Below the pieces are notes generated by a model. The model was given only the letters and a program-made list of their open reading frames with translations, was not told the DNA's origin and did no database searches. From positions 3,494 through 67,493 of IMG/VR virus record IMGVR_UViG_3300031853_000033: DNA of 64,000 bases. The stretch is one strand, 5' to 3'. Origin of the DNA: a virus. Of this stretch, positions 30,858-40,724 are shown in pieces. The stretch's first letter is position 1, and each line of letters opens with the position of its first letter. The position numbers were made by a program, and so were the translations under genes.

Positions 30858-31177
30858 ATCGGTACGACATCATTGAGGATCGTCTCGTTCTTCCACATCC
30901 GGGTGGTTCCTGCGTCTGTCAACATCGACAGCCCTTCGGCTCCGATTCGCCCGTACAGTTCAGGGATAATCGTCATTGCAATATCGTATTTCCTTCGTTC
31001 GAAATAACGGTTTACGTCCGCTTCTATCATTTCGTCCGTGTAGGATGAAGGATAGTTGCGTTTGAATTTGTATGTGTCTATAACAGACTGGCAAAGCGCA
31101 AGGAGGAAATCATTCTTGATGTCTTCTCCAATGCGCTTAAAGTACATTTTTGCTATCTCAAGAAGTTCCTCGTCCAT
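30842..31177 (-). CDS. Head-tail connector protein (gp6-like, putative).
   Basis: 111 aa directly after the capsid gene cluster. Confidence 0.4.
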   Translation of the reverse strand: MDEELLEIAKMYFKRIGEDIKNDFLLALCQSVIDTYKFKRNYPSSYTDEMIEADVNRYFERRKYDIAMTIIPELYGRIGAEGLSMLTDAGTTRMWKNETILNDVVPICEVV

Positions 31178-31180
31178 GCG

Positions 31181-31369
31181 TTATACACCTGCTTTCCGTC
31201 TGCCTCTTCTTGGTACTGCCGTTTCCACAGGCTTCTGCGGTTTCGGCATGAAATCTTCCTCCACCGCAGGCTTCTCTGTGTATCTTTTCCAACCTACTTT
31301 GGCATAGGCCGCAAACTGATGTTCATCGAGAACCTCCATGACAGCACCGTTCTTCTCGATTTTAATCAT
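31181..31369 (-). CDS. Hypothetical small head-module protein.
   Basis: 62-aa ORF immediately downstream of the capsid gene. Confidence 0.3.
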   Translation of the reverse strand: MIKIEKNGAVMEVLDEHQFAAYAKVGWKRYTEKPAVEEDFMPKPQKPVETAVPRRGRRKAGV

Positions 31370-31386
31370 GGATTATGTCCTCCCGA

Positions 31387-32376
31387 TCAGTGCAGTTCGT
31401 AGTAGGTCTTGCCGTCCGTTACGGAAGCATCTTCGGTCTTGCTATAAACAGAACCTGTCTTCTCGAACCAGCCCTGTGCTTTAGGATTGCCTGCCGGAGA
31501 AGCTACAGCGGTAAATCTGTCATATCCGGTCACATTGCCGTGTACAACGATTGCATCACGTTTCTTGTTAAGGACGAAGCAGTCATAACGGAAACGTGCT
31601 TCAACAAGCCATCCGCTGATTCCCGGTGCATCATCATGGATCTTGAACTCCTGAAGTTTGACGGGAGACGGAGCAACAACCGGATTGGTGATGATGAAGT
31701 CAACACCTGCCGGGAAGTAACGAGCCGGAGCCTTGATTACCGGAACGCCGTCAATCTCGCCGACCTGACCGTTCAGAGCAATTTTTGTTGCGAGATCGCC
31801 GGTCTTGGTGAAGTTCGGATCGAGTTTGATGAAGTTGTAGTAAGCCGGAGTACAGATGCATACTCTGCCGCCCTGCGGAGCAAGGTCATTGTCCAGGATC
31901 TCCTGTGCTTTAAGGAATTCCTCATAGGCGTTCGCTTTGGCAATTGTGGTAGTCAGTACGTGAGAAGCGCCGCTGACGGAACCGTAAGCCGGGACGTTTG
32001 CGCACAGGGTGGCGATCCTGTAAGTATCAAGGGCCGGAACCACCACATTGTCGATGTTCTCTGCCAGTGTAGCGGCGGCCTCCATCGTACCCATAGTGTC
32101 CTGCTCGGTCTTCTTGTCGATGATGTAAGTAAGGGATTTATCCTGTCCAAGGGTCATCTCCTGTACATCGTTACCGAGATCTTCCGGAGTGCCGTAACGG
32201 GAAAGGCCGGATGCCTGATAGTTGTTCAGCGCGGTAAGTGCGCGGCTGAATACCTTTACGGTCTGCACACCGATCCAGTCGAAGTTCTGATTAACAAGTC
32301 CATTCGTAATTGCTCCGTGCGTAAAACGCATATCTACCTGCGGAGCATATTTAGCTGCATAATTGGTTGTAGCCAT
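31387..32376 (-). CDS. Major capsid protein (HK97-fold, SPP1-like module).
   Basis: 329 aa after the scaffold gene. No separate protease, consistent with an SPP1-type head module. Confidence 0.65.
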   Translation of the reverse strand: MATTNYAAKYAPQVDMRFTHGAITNGLVNQNFDWIGVQTVKVFSRALTALNNYQASGLSRYGTPEDLGNDVQEMTLGQDKSLTYIIDKKTEQDTMGTMEAAATLAENIDNVVVPALDTYRIATLCANVPAYGSVSGASHVLTTTIAKANAYEEFLKAQEILDNDLAPQGGRVCICTPAYYNFIKLDPNFTKTGDLATKIALNGQVGEIDGVPVIKAPARYFPAGVDFIITNPVVAPSPVKLQEFKIHDDAPGISGWLVEARFRYDCFVLNKKRDAIVVHGNVTGYDRFTAVASPAGNPKAQGWFEKTGSVYSKTEDASVTDGKTYYELH

Positions 32377-32395
32377 CGCTTATGTCTCCTTTCGT

Positions 32396-32944
32396 TTAAA
32401 ACCTTGTCGGGACAGAATTAAACCCGGCAAGGAATGGGTCATTATCTGCATCGCCCGATCCTCCTCCGAGCGGTTCCGGACGATTCTTCATCCATTCGGC
32501 TTCTCTGGCTTTCAGAAGGTTCTCTGTATGCTGTTTCTGAATCTTGGCAAGCTGATCGTAATCACCTGCCACCTCTGCTTCTGCTGCCTCGGTTGCCAGT
32601 TTTTCGTCCATGCCCTGGAGTGCGTATCGACCTTTGGCTTCGGCTTTTTTGCGGAATGCCACCAGTTCATCGAACTGTTTCTGACGTTCCTCTTTTGCCT
32701 TTTCCTCTTCCTCTGCCCGAATCTCTTCTGCACTCTGCTTTTCTCTGAGTGCTTTCTTGTAGGTCGCGGCTTCTGAGGATGCCTTGTCGAAACTATTTTT
32801 CAGACGAGCCTTTTCTGCTCTCTCTTTTGCAAGTTCAGCCATTAGTTCCTCTACGGTAGGAGCCTTATTCTCCTGCTCTGCATTCTCGGCTGCTTGCTCC
32901 TGCTCAGTGTTTTCGTTCTGTTCCAGATTTTTGTTTTCTTCCAT
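32396..32944 (-). CDS. Scaffolding protein.
   Basis: Highly charged, E/K/A-rich helical protein. Start moved to ATG 32944 (RBS GAAAGGA); the upstream part of the six-frame ORF carries non-coding 14-bp repeats. Confidence 0.55.
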   Translation of the reverse strand: MEENKNLEQNENTEQEQAAENAEQENKAPTVEELMAELAKERAEKARLKNSFDKASSEAATYKKALREKQSAEEIRAEEEEKAKEERQKQFDELVAFRKKAEAKGRYALQGMDEKLATEAAEAEVAGDYDQLAKIQKQHTENLLKAREAEWMKNRPEPLGGGSGDADNDPFLAGFNSVPTRF

Positions 32945-32969
32945 TTCGTGTCCTTTCGCGTTTTTTATC

Positions 32970-33054
32970 GTGCTTCTCTGCACTCTCTTTTGTAGATTGC
33001 GATTTTTAATGTGCTTCTCTGCACAAAATGCGGTATTATAGTGCTTCTCTGCAC
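32970..33054. repeat. Three perfect direct copies of the 14-bp near-palindrome GTGCTTCTCTGCAC, plus a degenerate fourth at 33078.
   Basis: Copies at 32970, 33011 and 33041, in the gap between the HNH homing-endonuclease gene and the scaffold start. Confidence 0.8.
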
Positions 33055-33081
33055 TTGTATCTATCAATAAAGCAGATGTGC

Positions 33082-33609
33082 TTATCTGCTATATCGCCAT
33101 TTGAATCCGTATGCGGTCTTTCTTTCGCCTCTGCAACATCTCAAAATAGATGATTCGTTAAAGTGGTTTTCTTTTGCGCATTGCAATGGAGAATCGTATT
33201 TTTTTACAACATTCCCATTTGCATCAATTTGCTCAATTGGGTCGTTGTATTTCGACTTTCTTTTTCTTCGTGGGTGCAATGCACTTGAGTATCTAACGTT
33301 ATACAAATGAGAACACCACTCGAGATTTTTGACATTGTTGTTAAGCGGATTCTCGTCTTTATGGTTTACATCACAAGAAAAATCTTTTGGATTATTCAGG
33401 AAATGCATCGCAACAAGCCTATGAATCAAAAATGTTTTTCCTTTTCCTTCTTTCCATAGCTCACAATACGCATATCCTTTGTTGTTGATTTTTTGACTCA
33501 AAATATGCGTATCGGAAACACCTTGACGTTTTAGGCTCATAACTCTTCCAAACGAGCTTATTAAGTAGCAATCCTCATATCCTTTAATCGTTTTCCATTT
33601 TTCTTCCAT
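33082..33609 (-). CDS. HNH homing endonuclease with NUMOD4-like N-terminus, inserted in the head module.
   Basis: N-terminal WKTIKGYEDCYLISSFGRVMS (NUMOD4-like). HNH core (LIHRLVAMHFLNNP...CDVNHKDENPLNNNVKNLEWCSHLYN). Confidence 0.7.
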   Translation of the reverse strand: MEEKWKTIKGYEDCYLISSFGRVMSLKRQGVSDTHILSQKINNKGYAYCELWKEGKGKTFLIHRLVAMHFLNNPKDFSCDVNHKDENPLNNNVKNLEWCSHLYNVRYSSALHPRRKRKSKYNDPIEQIDANGNVVKKYDSPLQCAKENHFNESSILRCCRGERKTAYGFKWRYSR

Positions 33610-33716
33610 TTCTCCCTACCTCGCAGTAAGGAGTGGCGAGAACATACCTCGCCATGCGTCACTCCTTGATGTAAAAATGTATAAAAAAGAGAACCACCGA
33701 AGTGATTCTCGATTTT

Positions 33717-34418
33717 CTAAAAGTATTTGACTGTGCAGCGGCATGAGATTAACTCTTCCGGATGACCCTCGCCCATCTCCCAATCCTTGGGATAACGAAG
33801 CATTGCCTCTCCAACCGGAAAGAGCGCATCAATCGGCACAATCATGCCGTCTATATGAGCATGTGTCTGCCGGACCCGTTCGTCATTCATTGTCAGCCAC
33901 TGCTTTTGTGTCATGCCTTGTTCTTTGGCGATGCGATAATCATCGTAGTTGAAAATCGTGTTCGCCTCGTTCTCGGCATTGAATGTTGACCTGTCTTCCG
34001 AGAACCAGTAGGCTAATTTATCCTCCTGACCATCTACGTATGTCTGCACTTTCTTCACCGTGACATCGATGAATCTTTCGGAATACCGCCTGATATAGTT
34101 CTGCATTGCGGTATCGGGAGAAGTGAATCTCTCCGCAAGGCCAAGAAGGTCATCGGTTAATTTATCTTTGATTGCCGAAACATTGCTGTAAGCATTTTGA
34201 GCCAGAACTATAAACAGCAGTGACAATGCAGCGAAAAGGATTTTATCCATTCGCCTTGCGTATTCTTTTCTTGTCTCTGCATCAATCTCAGGCAACTCCA
34301 TCTCATCGAAATACCTGTCGATGTCGATGTGTTTCTGCTTTCTCTTTCCGGCGATTTCATTCAGTTTCTCGAATGTTGTGGTGCTGATTGCCAGTACATT
34401 GAGTTCATCGAACGGCAT
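33717..34418 (-). CDS. Head morphogenesis protein (SPP1 gp7 / MuF-like).
   Basis: 233 aa directly after the portal, with ATGA-type coupling. Confidence 0.55.
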   Translation of the reverse strand: MPFDELNVLAISTTTFEKLNEIAGKRKQKHIDIDRYFDEMELPEIDAETRKEYARRMDKILFAALSLLFIVLAQNAYSNVSAIKDKLTDDLLGLAERFTSPDTAMQNYIRRYSERFIDVTVKKVQTYVDGQEDKLAYWFSEDRSTFNAENEANTIFNYDDYRIAKEQGMTQKQWLTMNDERVRQTHAHIDGMIVPIDALFPVGEAMLRYPKDWEMGEGHPEELISCRCTVKYF

Positions 34419-36037
34419 CAGACATCACCGCCTTTATTGACTCCTGTTCGAAATCCGTCAAGCGTAGGTGAGTTGACCTCCTGATCGGTTAAATCCGACA
34501 TAATTCTCTTGCCACCGTCAGCAGTAGGCTCTCTGTTTTGATTCCTCTCAAACAGCGATGTCTGGAATTTCTCGATAAGGTCTTTCGAATCAGCCCATGC
34601 CTGTGCGACATCCGGGAAGAGATCGACTACCTGCATTGCGGTGCGTCCGTTGATGCCGGCTTTTATCATCGTGACCATCGCATTTGTCTTGGTTCCGAGG
34701 TCGAATGTCTTCTGTCTCGGGAATTTCGGATAAATGTCAGATGTCCGCAGATCCATGAGGATGTGATCTGACGGCAGATACCCAGAATTCTTGATAGCAA
34801 GCAGTTCGAGTTCGACAAGATCCATGACAGCACCGCGAATGATACTCTCCTGCTTTGTTGCCACAGCTTCCGTAGCCGTCCATCCGGAAGACATCGAGTA
34901 AGCTGTTCCCGTAGAACCGCCGCCGGGTTCCGACTGGAGCGGTACGTAGCATTTCTGCAAGATGATGTCGCGCTTATTCATGATGTTTTCCTGTACACCG
35001 TTGTAGTTAAACGTACTGGAAAGTGCCTGTATCATCGGCCTGTTGCCGTTGGGAGCCGTCTTGGTCTGAAGCCATTGTCCTGATTTCGGTCTGACTTTCT
35101 CTCCGGTAATCGGATTTGTCGGGAACTCCGCGTCATTCATCCACCAGATTTCCTGAGTGGCCTGTGCAACTGCATTGGCGTAGTCGGAAACCTCGATGTT
35201 CAGAGCATCCATCTCCGAAATCTGTCTTTCCCAAACGCCCATTCTATCCATCGAACGAATGTATTCAACGAACGGAACCTTGCCGATGGGGTTGATTGTT
35301 CCGCTCTTTCCGTACTTTCCGAAACTGCCCCATGTATCTATCTTTTTGCCGTCAATTAACTCCGTAATGTTACGGATTTCGAACCATCTGTCCTTGGTGA
35401 TGCAAGTAAAGTACCTGTCACCGTTCTTCAGCTGCGTATAAGTCACGCCCATCATCGGTGTGTTCCAAATGTCGTTCCGGTAAACGATAAATGAGTTCAT
35501 CGGATCGAGCGTATGAAGGTCAAAAACCGAATTTCCTTCAGCATAATCGCGCTTGATATCAACCATCTGATAACCGATACCGCAGATCTCCACGTATCTC
35601 GCTAGCTCCTGTACCTTCGTGTAACACTGCTCATCATCGTTCATCTGATTCAGTAGCGTGATGGCATCGTCATCAATGTCAGGATCGTTCGAGGTTAGGT
35701 CTCTGTCTCCTCGCTGAACATATGTCCACTGGTTGCCCCAGAAGTAACCAAGCCAAAACTCCGTAATCTGGTTGGCAATGTTGTCTGCCACCTCAATGTT
35801 GATATCAGCACGGATTTTCTTCTCTCGCTTCAGCGGCTGATGGCCTTTTTCGTAATTGAGCAGGTAAATCATTTCCTGCCTGTTCTTCTCGTGAATCATC
35901 AGCGCATCTTGCAAGACGGAAATAACATTGCTCTCCGTAATCTCTCGCACATCGGTGTAAATCCGATGTCTTCCTCGCAGTTCGACCTGCTCTTTTTCAT
36001 ATGCACCGCCGTATGTTGCATCGCTCATCGGACTCAC
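34418..36037 (-). CDS. Portal protein (SPP1 gp6-like).
   Basis: 539 aa downstream of the terminase. Confidence 0.75.
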   Translation of the reverse strand: MSPMSDATYGGAYEKEQVELRGRHRIYTDVREITESNVISVLQDALMIHEKNRQEMIYLLNYEKGHQPLKREKKIRADINIEVADNIANQITEFWLGYFWGNQWTYVQRGDRDLTSNDPDIDDDAITLLNQMNDDEQCYTKVQELARYVEICGIGYQMVDIKRDYAEGNSVFDLHTLDPMNSFIVYRNDIWNTPMMGVTYTQLKNGDRYFTCITKDRWFEIRNITELIDGKKIDTWGSFGKYGKSGTINPIGKVPFVEYIRSMDRMGVWERQISEMDALNIEVSDYANAVAQATQEIWWMNDAEFPTNPITGEKVRPKSGQWLQTKTAPNGNRPMIQALSSTFNYNGVQENIMNKRDIILQKCYVPLQSEPGGGSTGTAYSMSSGWTATEAVATKQESIIRGAVMDLVELELLAIKNSGYLPSDHILMDLRTSDIYPKFPRQKTFDLGTKTNAMVTMIKAGINGRTAMQVVDLFPDVAQAWADSKDLIEKFQTSLFERNQNREPTADGGKRIMSDLTDQEVNSPTLDGFRTGVNKGGDV

Positions 36038-36154
36038 CTCCGTTTCCGAGCAATAAAAAAGCTTGCAAGACAGTTTCCTGTTCGCAAGCTTATCGATTTT
36101 CGCACTTGGCTAGCCTAACAATATCAAAGACAAAATAGGACATTCTAGGACATT

Positions 36155-36586
36155 TCAGCGAATTTTGTATTTTTCTCGAAAATTTTTCAGCGCAAGGCCG
36201 TGAATCCTTGTTGTGTGCCGGTATGTTTTGCCGATGATGACCGAGGTTTCTTCAAAAGTCTTTCCGCAGACATATCGCCAATGAAGCACTTCTCTCTCAA
36301 GCGGTCTGTCCACCGCATCGATCTGAGCGGATATCACCTTCTCGGTCGCAAGGTACTCGTTGATCATCACTTGGAGTTCGGCCTCCATGTCCACGATGTT
36401 CGCCACCGCAGCAGCCATCTTGTCATACTCTCCGGATGACTGCACCTTCACATCATTTGCTCCTGCCGTGATGGATTCTGCAAGGATTCTTTTCTGCTCT
36501 ATCTGCTCCTGTTTTTCCTTTATCCGCTTACGGCAGTCTTGGATCTGGTTCAAATATTGTTTAACTGTCAATCGTCTGTACCCCAC
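36155..36586 (-). CDS. Sigma-70 region-4-like phage regulator (DUF1492/ArpU-like).
   Basis: C-terminal HTH REVLHWRYVCGKTFEETSVIIGKTYRHTTRIHGLALKNF. Confidence 0.5.
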   Translation of the reverse strand: MGYRRLTVKQYLNQIQDCRKRIKEKQEQIEQKRILAESITAGANDVKVQSSGEYDKMAAAVANIVDMEAELQVMINEYLATEKVISAQIDAVDRPLEREVLHWRYVCGKTFEETSVIIGKTYRHTTRIHGLALKNFREKYKIR

Positions 36587-36804
36587 TGCTCTTTTTTCAA
36601 CTCTCGGAGAATGTATTCCGGATCTGTTTCCGAAAACGCCTTGAAGAGTGGAGACCGGAAATATCTTACACTCTCATCCCGGTCAAACAGTTCGTCTCTG
36701 TTCGGTTTCTTCTTCCAGGCATTCATCCTGTATTTCAAATCGTGTGCCGCTCGGCTCGTTATTGCCACTATCAGATTTTCTGCTCCGGTAGGATCAATTT
36801 CCAT
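36568..36804 (-). CDS. Hypothetical protein.
   Basis: 78-aa ORF between the terminase and the regulator. Confidence 0.3.
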   Translation of the reverse strand: MEIDPTGAENLIVAITSRAAHDLKYRMNAWKKKPNRDELFDRDESVRYFRSPLFKAFSETDPEYILRELKKEQWGTDD

Positions 36805-36813
36805 AATCTCCTC

Positions 36814-38448
36814 CTAGAACGGACTGTCCATTATCTCTGTTTTTGCTCCGACAAGGTTTGACGTAAACTGTGCAAACTGGGCAAGACCGTCGGGAACGTC
36901 ATCATGCATATTCTTTCCGGCAACCGTATAGGTCATCAGGAATGACATTGCTCTGCCGTAATCGGATTTCGGAGCGTATAGAGATTTATCTTTGAACAGC
37001 ACATGCTTCTTCACCCACTCGGCATTGACAATGATTTTTGTCTCCTTGTTCTGTGTAGTGTAATGCATCGTGATTCCGCAGGCTTGCCGTCCGAGAATTC
37101 TCTTTTCAACCTCAGTTCCGATACGGTCACCGCCATTGTTACTCTCGAAGTCAACCATCTGCATTCGATGATTGACAATCATATCGGCAATGCGCTGATA
37201 CTGTACCTCATAGTCTGATTCATCAGAACAGATGCAGTCATCCATGTAGTAATCGTTGCCGTATTGGTACATGCACGGCAGGAAGAGGAAGTCGGTGCCT
37301 TTGTTCTTCGTATCACAGATCCCGGTGATGGAGTCCGGATTACCTTCCGGCATAACAACATATCTCCGTAAGCTATCTTCCGGATAAAGCAGACCTTCAC
37401 GCTCAATCGGCTGATTCATGTACAGCGCTTTCCAAGACATATCGTCCATGATTTCTCTCTGTTCCCGGTAGAACTGTGTTGTGAAGCCGCCCTCTATCGG
37501 ATAGTCGAAATTGCTCTCGTCATTCTCATCCATCGCAGGAATAGCAATGAACCTTGCGGTCGGGCTGTCTCCGTAGATCCTCTGCAATCTTCCGACAACA
37601 TCATGAACTGACCATCTCGTCTGAATATGCAGTTCCGCACAGCCACCCATCTTTCTCTGCCGGGCATCATCCGTGTATTTCTGCCACAGCTTATCCATCT
37701 GCGGTTTACTGAGCGCTTGTTCGATACCTTCCGTCAAGTCATCGCAGTAGAGCAGCTGCTGTGCTCTGACCTTACCTGCGTTTCCGGAACCGATGGATGT
37801 AAATTCCAAAGTCGAGAAACGCTTTATGCTCTTCTTGGTCTTGCCGACATCGAGCATCATATCTTTGGCATTCGTGCTTGTTATCCGCAGATTCGGGAAA
37901 ATTTCATGCCATTTATACTCACCTTCGGGATCTATGATTCTCTGGCACTCGTTATATGCTCCGGCGAGGAATGCATTGTTGTGAGATACGGTCAGTATCG
38001 GCTTTTCATGATGTTTTCCTGCCCTCCAGGTGATGTAGAAGAGTGCAAGTGTGGTCTTGCCCGTCCCGGGAGGCAAGCTGATACACAGCAGGTCGATTAC
38101 ACCGTCTTCCAAGTCTTGCAAAGCATCAACAAGAATTTTCAGCTGCTTTCTTCTCGGCAGATAAAATCTCTGCGACACTCTGTCTTTTTCCATGTAGAGC
38201 AGATAGCTGTCGAAATCGTACGGTGCCAGAAAGAAAATGATTTTCCAGTACAGATCCGCAAACCGAGGATCGTATCTTGTCTCCGCAGAACATATTTTCT
38301 TTGCTTCTTTCGCACATTTCAGTGCGTAATCGAGGAATATCGAATTCTCCTCGTCATGAACAGCCGCGAACATATCGACAAGATTGTGCATGTTTTTGTA
38401 CTCATGCAGATTTGCCTTCATCAGCCGTTCGATGATTTCTCCGTTTGT
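36814..38448 (-). CDS. terL: Terminase large subunit.
   Basis: N-terminal ATPase (Walker A LPPGTGKTTL). C-terminal RNaseH-like nuclease (DFESNNGGDRIG). Start placed at ATG 38448 with GGAGAG RBS. Confidence 0.75.
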   Translation of the reverse strand, partial: TNGEIIERLMKANLHEYKNMHNLVDMFAAVHDEENSIFLDYALKCAKEAKKICSAETRYDPRFADLYWKIIFFLAPYDFDSYLLYMEKDRVSQRFYLPRRKQLKILVDALQDLEDGVIDLLCISLPPGTGKTTLALFYITWRAGKHHEKPILTVSHNNAFLAGAYNECQRIIDPEGEYKWHEIFPNLRITSTNAKDMMLDVGKTKKSIKRFSTLEFTSIGSGNAGKVRAQQLLYCDDLTEGIEQALSKPQMDKLWQKYTDDARQRKMGGCAELHIQTRWSVHDVVGRLQRIYGDSPTARFIAIPAMDENDESNFDYPIEGGFTTQFYREQREIMDDMSWKALYMNQPIEREGLLYPEDSLRRYVVMPEGNPDSITGICDTKNKGTDFLFLPCMYQYGNDYYMDDCICSDESDYEVQYQRIADMIVNHRMQMVDFESNNGGDRIGTEVEKRILGRQACGITMHYTTQNKETKIIVNAEWVKKHVLFKDKSLYAPKSDYGRAMSFLMTYTVAGKNMHDDVPDGLAQFAQFTSNLVGAKTEIMDSPF

Positions 38449-38618
38449 CATTAAGCATCTCTCCGTGACGGCTCTGCCCGGTTTTGCAAGATATTGTGAA
38501 AAACCTATGGCATACATCTCGATATTTTAAAAAAACAGTGTTTACGACATATCCCGGACAAAGCCGTGGGGGTCGCTTAACGAAGAGACGCTTTATATCA
38601 ATCTCAATTCGGGCGAAG

Positions 38619-38691
38619 CAACGCATCTCGGAGTCGAACCGAGGAATCCGGCTGTCAAAGAGCCGTGCCTTCTCCACTTGGCGAATGCGCT
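38619..38691 (-). tRNA. tRNA-Gln (anticodon TTG); no encoded CCA.
   Basis: Manual fold: acceptor AGCGCAT/ATGCGTT, D-arm GCCAAGTGGAGAAGGC, anticodon stem CGGCT/AGCCG with loop CTTTGAC, T-arm CTCGG-TTCGACT-CCGAG, discriminator G. D-arm nearly identical to E. coli tRNA-Gln. Confidence 0.8.
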
Positions 38692-38863
38692 GTAGGGGTA
38701 GCCGAGGATTTAGGGGGTTATCATACCATGAACGCAACGCTTATTTTCAAGAAAGGAGGCTCAAAGCAATGGCAGCGAAAGACATGCTCCTCGGCAGACA
38801 TATCCGTCACATGAAATGGGCAGGAACGGATTTGAACCGCTCCGGAATGAACCATCATCTGCC

Positions 38864-39064
38864 CTAATCGCCGTTATATTCAAACTCGCCGATAATCCGG
38901 TCGAGTATTTCGATTGCCAGTTCTCTGATGTTTGTACTGTGGATTGAGTCTTGCAAAGCTGATTCAATGCTTGCCAGAAAGCCGTAATACAAATCATCCG
39001 CTTCAAGCAGCTCGTCTCTCAGGACGGATACCGCATTCTTGATTTCGTCATTGCTGTGTGCCAT
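38864..39064 (-). CDS. Hypothetical small protein.
   Basis: 66-aa ORF with AGGTGA RBS 5 nt before the ATG. Confidence 0.35.
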   Translation of the reverse strand: MAHSNDEIKNAVSVLRDELLEADDLYYGFLASIESALQDSIHSTNIRELAIEILDRIIGEFEYNGD

Positions 39065-39317
39065 AACAATCACCTGCTTTCGGGGGAAGGAGAGGCCGAC
39101 AGGAGAAAGGCTAACAAAAAAACCTGCCGACCTCATGTGACGGGCGAGGATTTGCACCTCACATGATTGCTGAGCGTTTGTTTTTCTCGACCGTAATCCG
39201 TAACAACAGTAGATTGATCACTCACAATCACTTAGTCATTATTTCCATCGGCCTAGCGGTTACCTATTTCGCCACCGTCACTTTATCTCTCACGGAGTCA
39301 ATGGCAGTTTGCTCCGA

Positions 39318-40007
39318 TCATGAGGCATTTAATATTTTATCCAGAGTCCGCTGAAAGTCATTGTAGTTCTTCTTACGTTCTTCTCTCTCAGCTTCGCTCT
39401 CGTTCTTACGTATTTCTGCTTGTATCTCTACTGCATTCCGCGTTCGATTTGCACTCTTGTACTCAACATCATTCTCTCCGGTGTCGTGATAGAACATTGT
39501 TTCCATTCTGCCGTCAAGATATTTGATGTATCCTACAGGATCGCCGTCTTTTAATCCTTCTGCCGATATTGTTCCTCGGATGTCAATATTGTTCCTGTAC
39601 TCTTTGATACCATATTTCTCTTTCAACCTCTTAATTTGTGGGGTCGAAGGGCTAATACTGCCAAAACTAAGGTTTATCATCTCGCAAAATTTTATTTTTC
39701 CGATCTGACCGCCAATATACTTCTTGAATGCTTCTTCGAAAGTTTCGTCATCACATTTGCACTTTCTTCCTCCGACAGCACCATGAGCCTCTTTTGTAAT
39801 ATCGCCATACTTTCTTCCGATATGTGCAGCTTTATGGCATTTGTAACACAATGGCACTACATTTGATGGAGCATCAGTGCCACCGAGAGCGACAGGTACA
39901 ATGTGATGAAACTCTACTCGGTCTTGCGATCCGCAGTTAACACATTTGTCTCCGTGAAGTTCAATCAACTGGTTTCTGAATCTGTCTGTTGTGTTTCGTT
40001 TTCCCAT
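39318..40007 (-). CDS. HNH endonuclease (packaging-associated).
   Basis: HNH zinc-finger motif CVNCGSQDRVEFHHIVPVALGG...NVVPLCYKCH. Adjacent to the terminase, as in cos-type HNH-dependent phages. Confidence 0.8.
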   Translation of the reverse strand: MGKRNTTDRFRNQLIELHGDKCVNCGSQDRVEFHHIVPVALGGTDAPSNVVPLCYKCHKAAHIGRKYGDITKEAHGAVGGRKCKCDDETFEEAFKKYIGGQIGKIKFCEMINLSFGSISPSTPQIKRLKEKYGIKEYRNNIDIRGTISAEGLKDGDPVGYIKYLDGRMETMFYHDTGENDVEYKSANRTRNAVEIQAEIRKNESEAEREERKKNYNDFQRTLDKILNAS

Positions 40008-40724
40008 ACTTGTTCCTCGACTTAAACAACAGCTATCACGGTCAATTCCGTGAAGAAATCCATATTCTCATCTCAGATATACATCTCACTGATGTTCATT
40101 AGCCTTTTTAATTTTTGGAAAAATTTTTAAGGTACAAGTATGTTATAGGTCAATGTATTGGCTAAATTCAACACTTAAAATCCTATAGTTTAAATGCTGT
40201 TATGTATGAATAAGTCAAGTGTGATAATGCTTATTCAGTAGGTACAGTAGGTGTAAATTCGTTTGTTTATTAATATAAACGTTTAGATATAGTTAATAAG
40301 TATCTTGGCTATATATAATATATATAATAATAACTTGAAGGTCTTTTATGGTATTGGAGTAGTATTAAAAAAGGCCTTTTTTGTGAAAAATTTTTCTCGG
40401 AACGTAATATTATATATTTAACAAGAGGTATAAGACCCCTGCCGCCTTGCTTTACGTAGCGCAAAACACGCCTAAATTGCATCTAGTGTGGTTAATGCGG
40501 ACGCAAGGCATAATGTTTTCCTGTTTTCGTTTGAAATTCCTTTGAATTTTGCTTTACATTTTTGCATATATAACGATCTATACGACAAACGTAAGGTTGT
40601 TCCATAGATCGATATACTCATTACACAATCCGTGCATATATATATTATACATAATAACCAAAAATGCATAAACGCCTATATTTCATGTATATTAATACAA
40701 TAAATGTATACTGTATTCACTGAT

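Noticed and set aside
38402-38737. 111-aa minus-strand ORF upstream of terL.
   Set aside because: It overlaps the well-formed tRNA-Gln and the terL 5' region and has no RBS.
38822-38870. Second tRNA-like element with GGTTCAAATCC T-loop.
   Set aside because: It is only ~48 nt between the acceptor-like stems and has no anticodon arm, so it cannot fold into a full tRNA. Kept only as a remnant within a finding.
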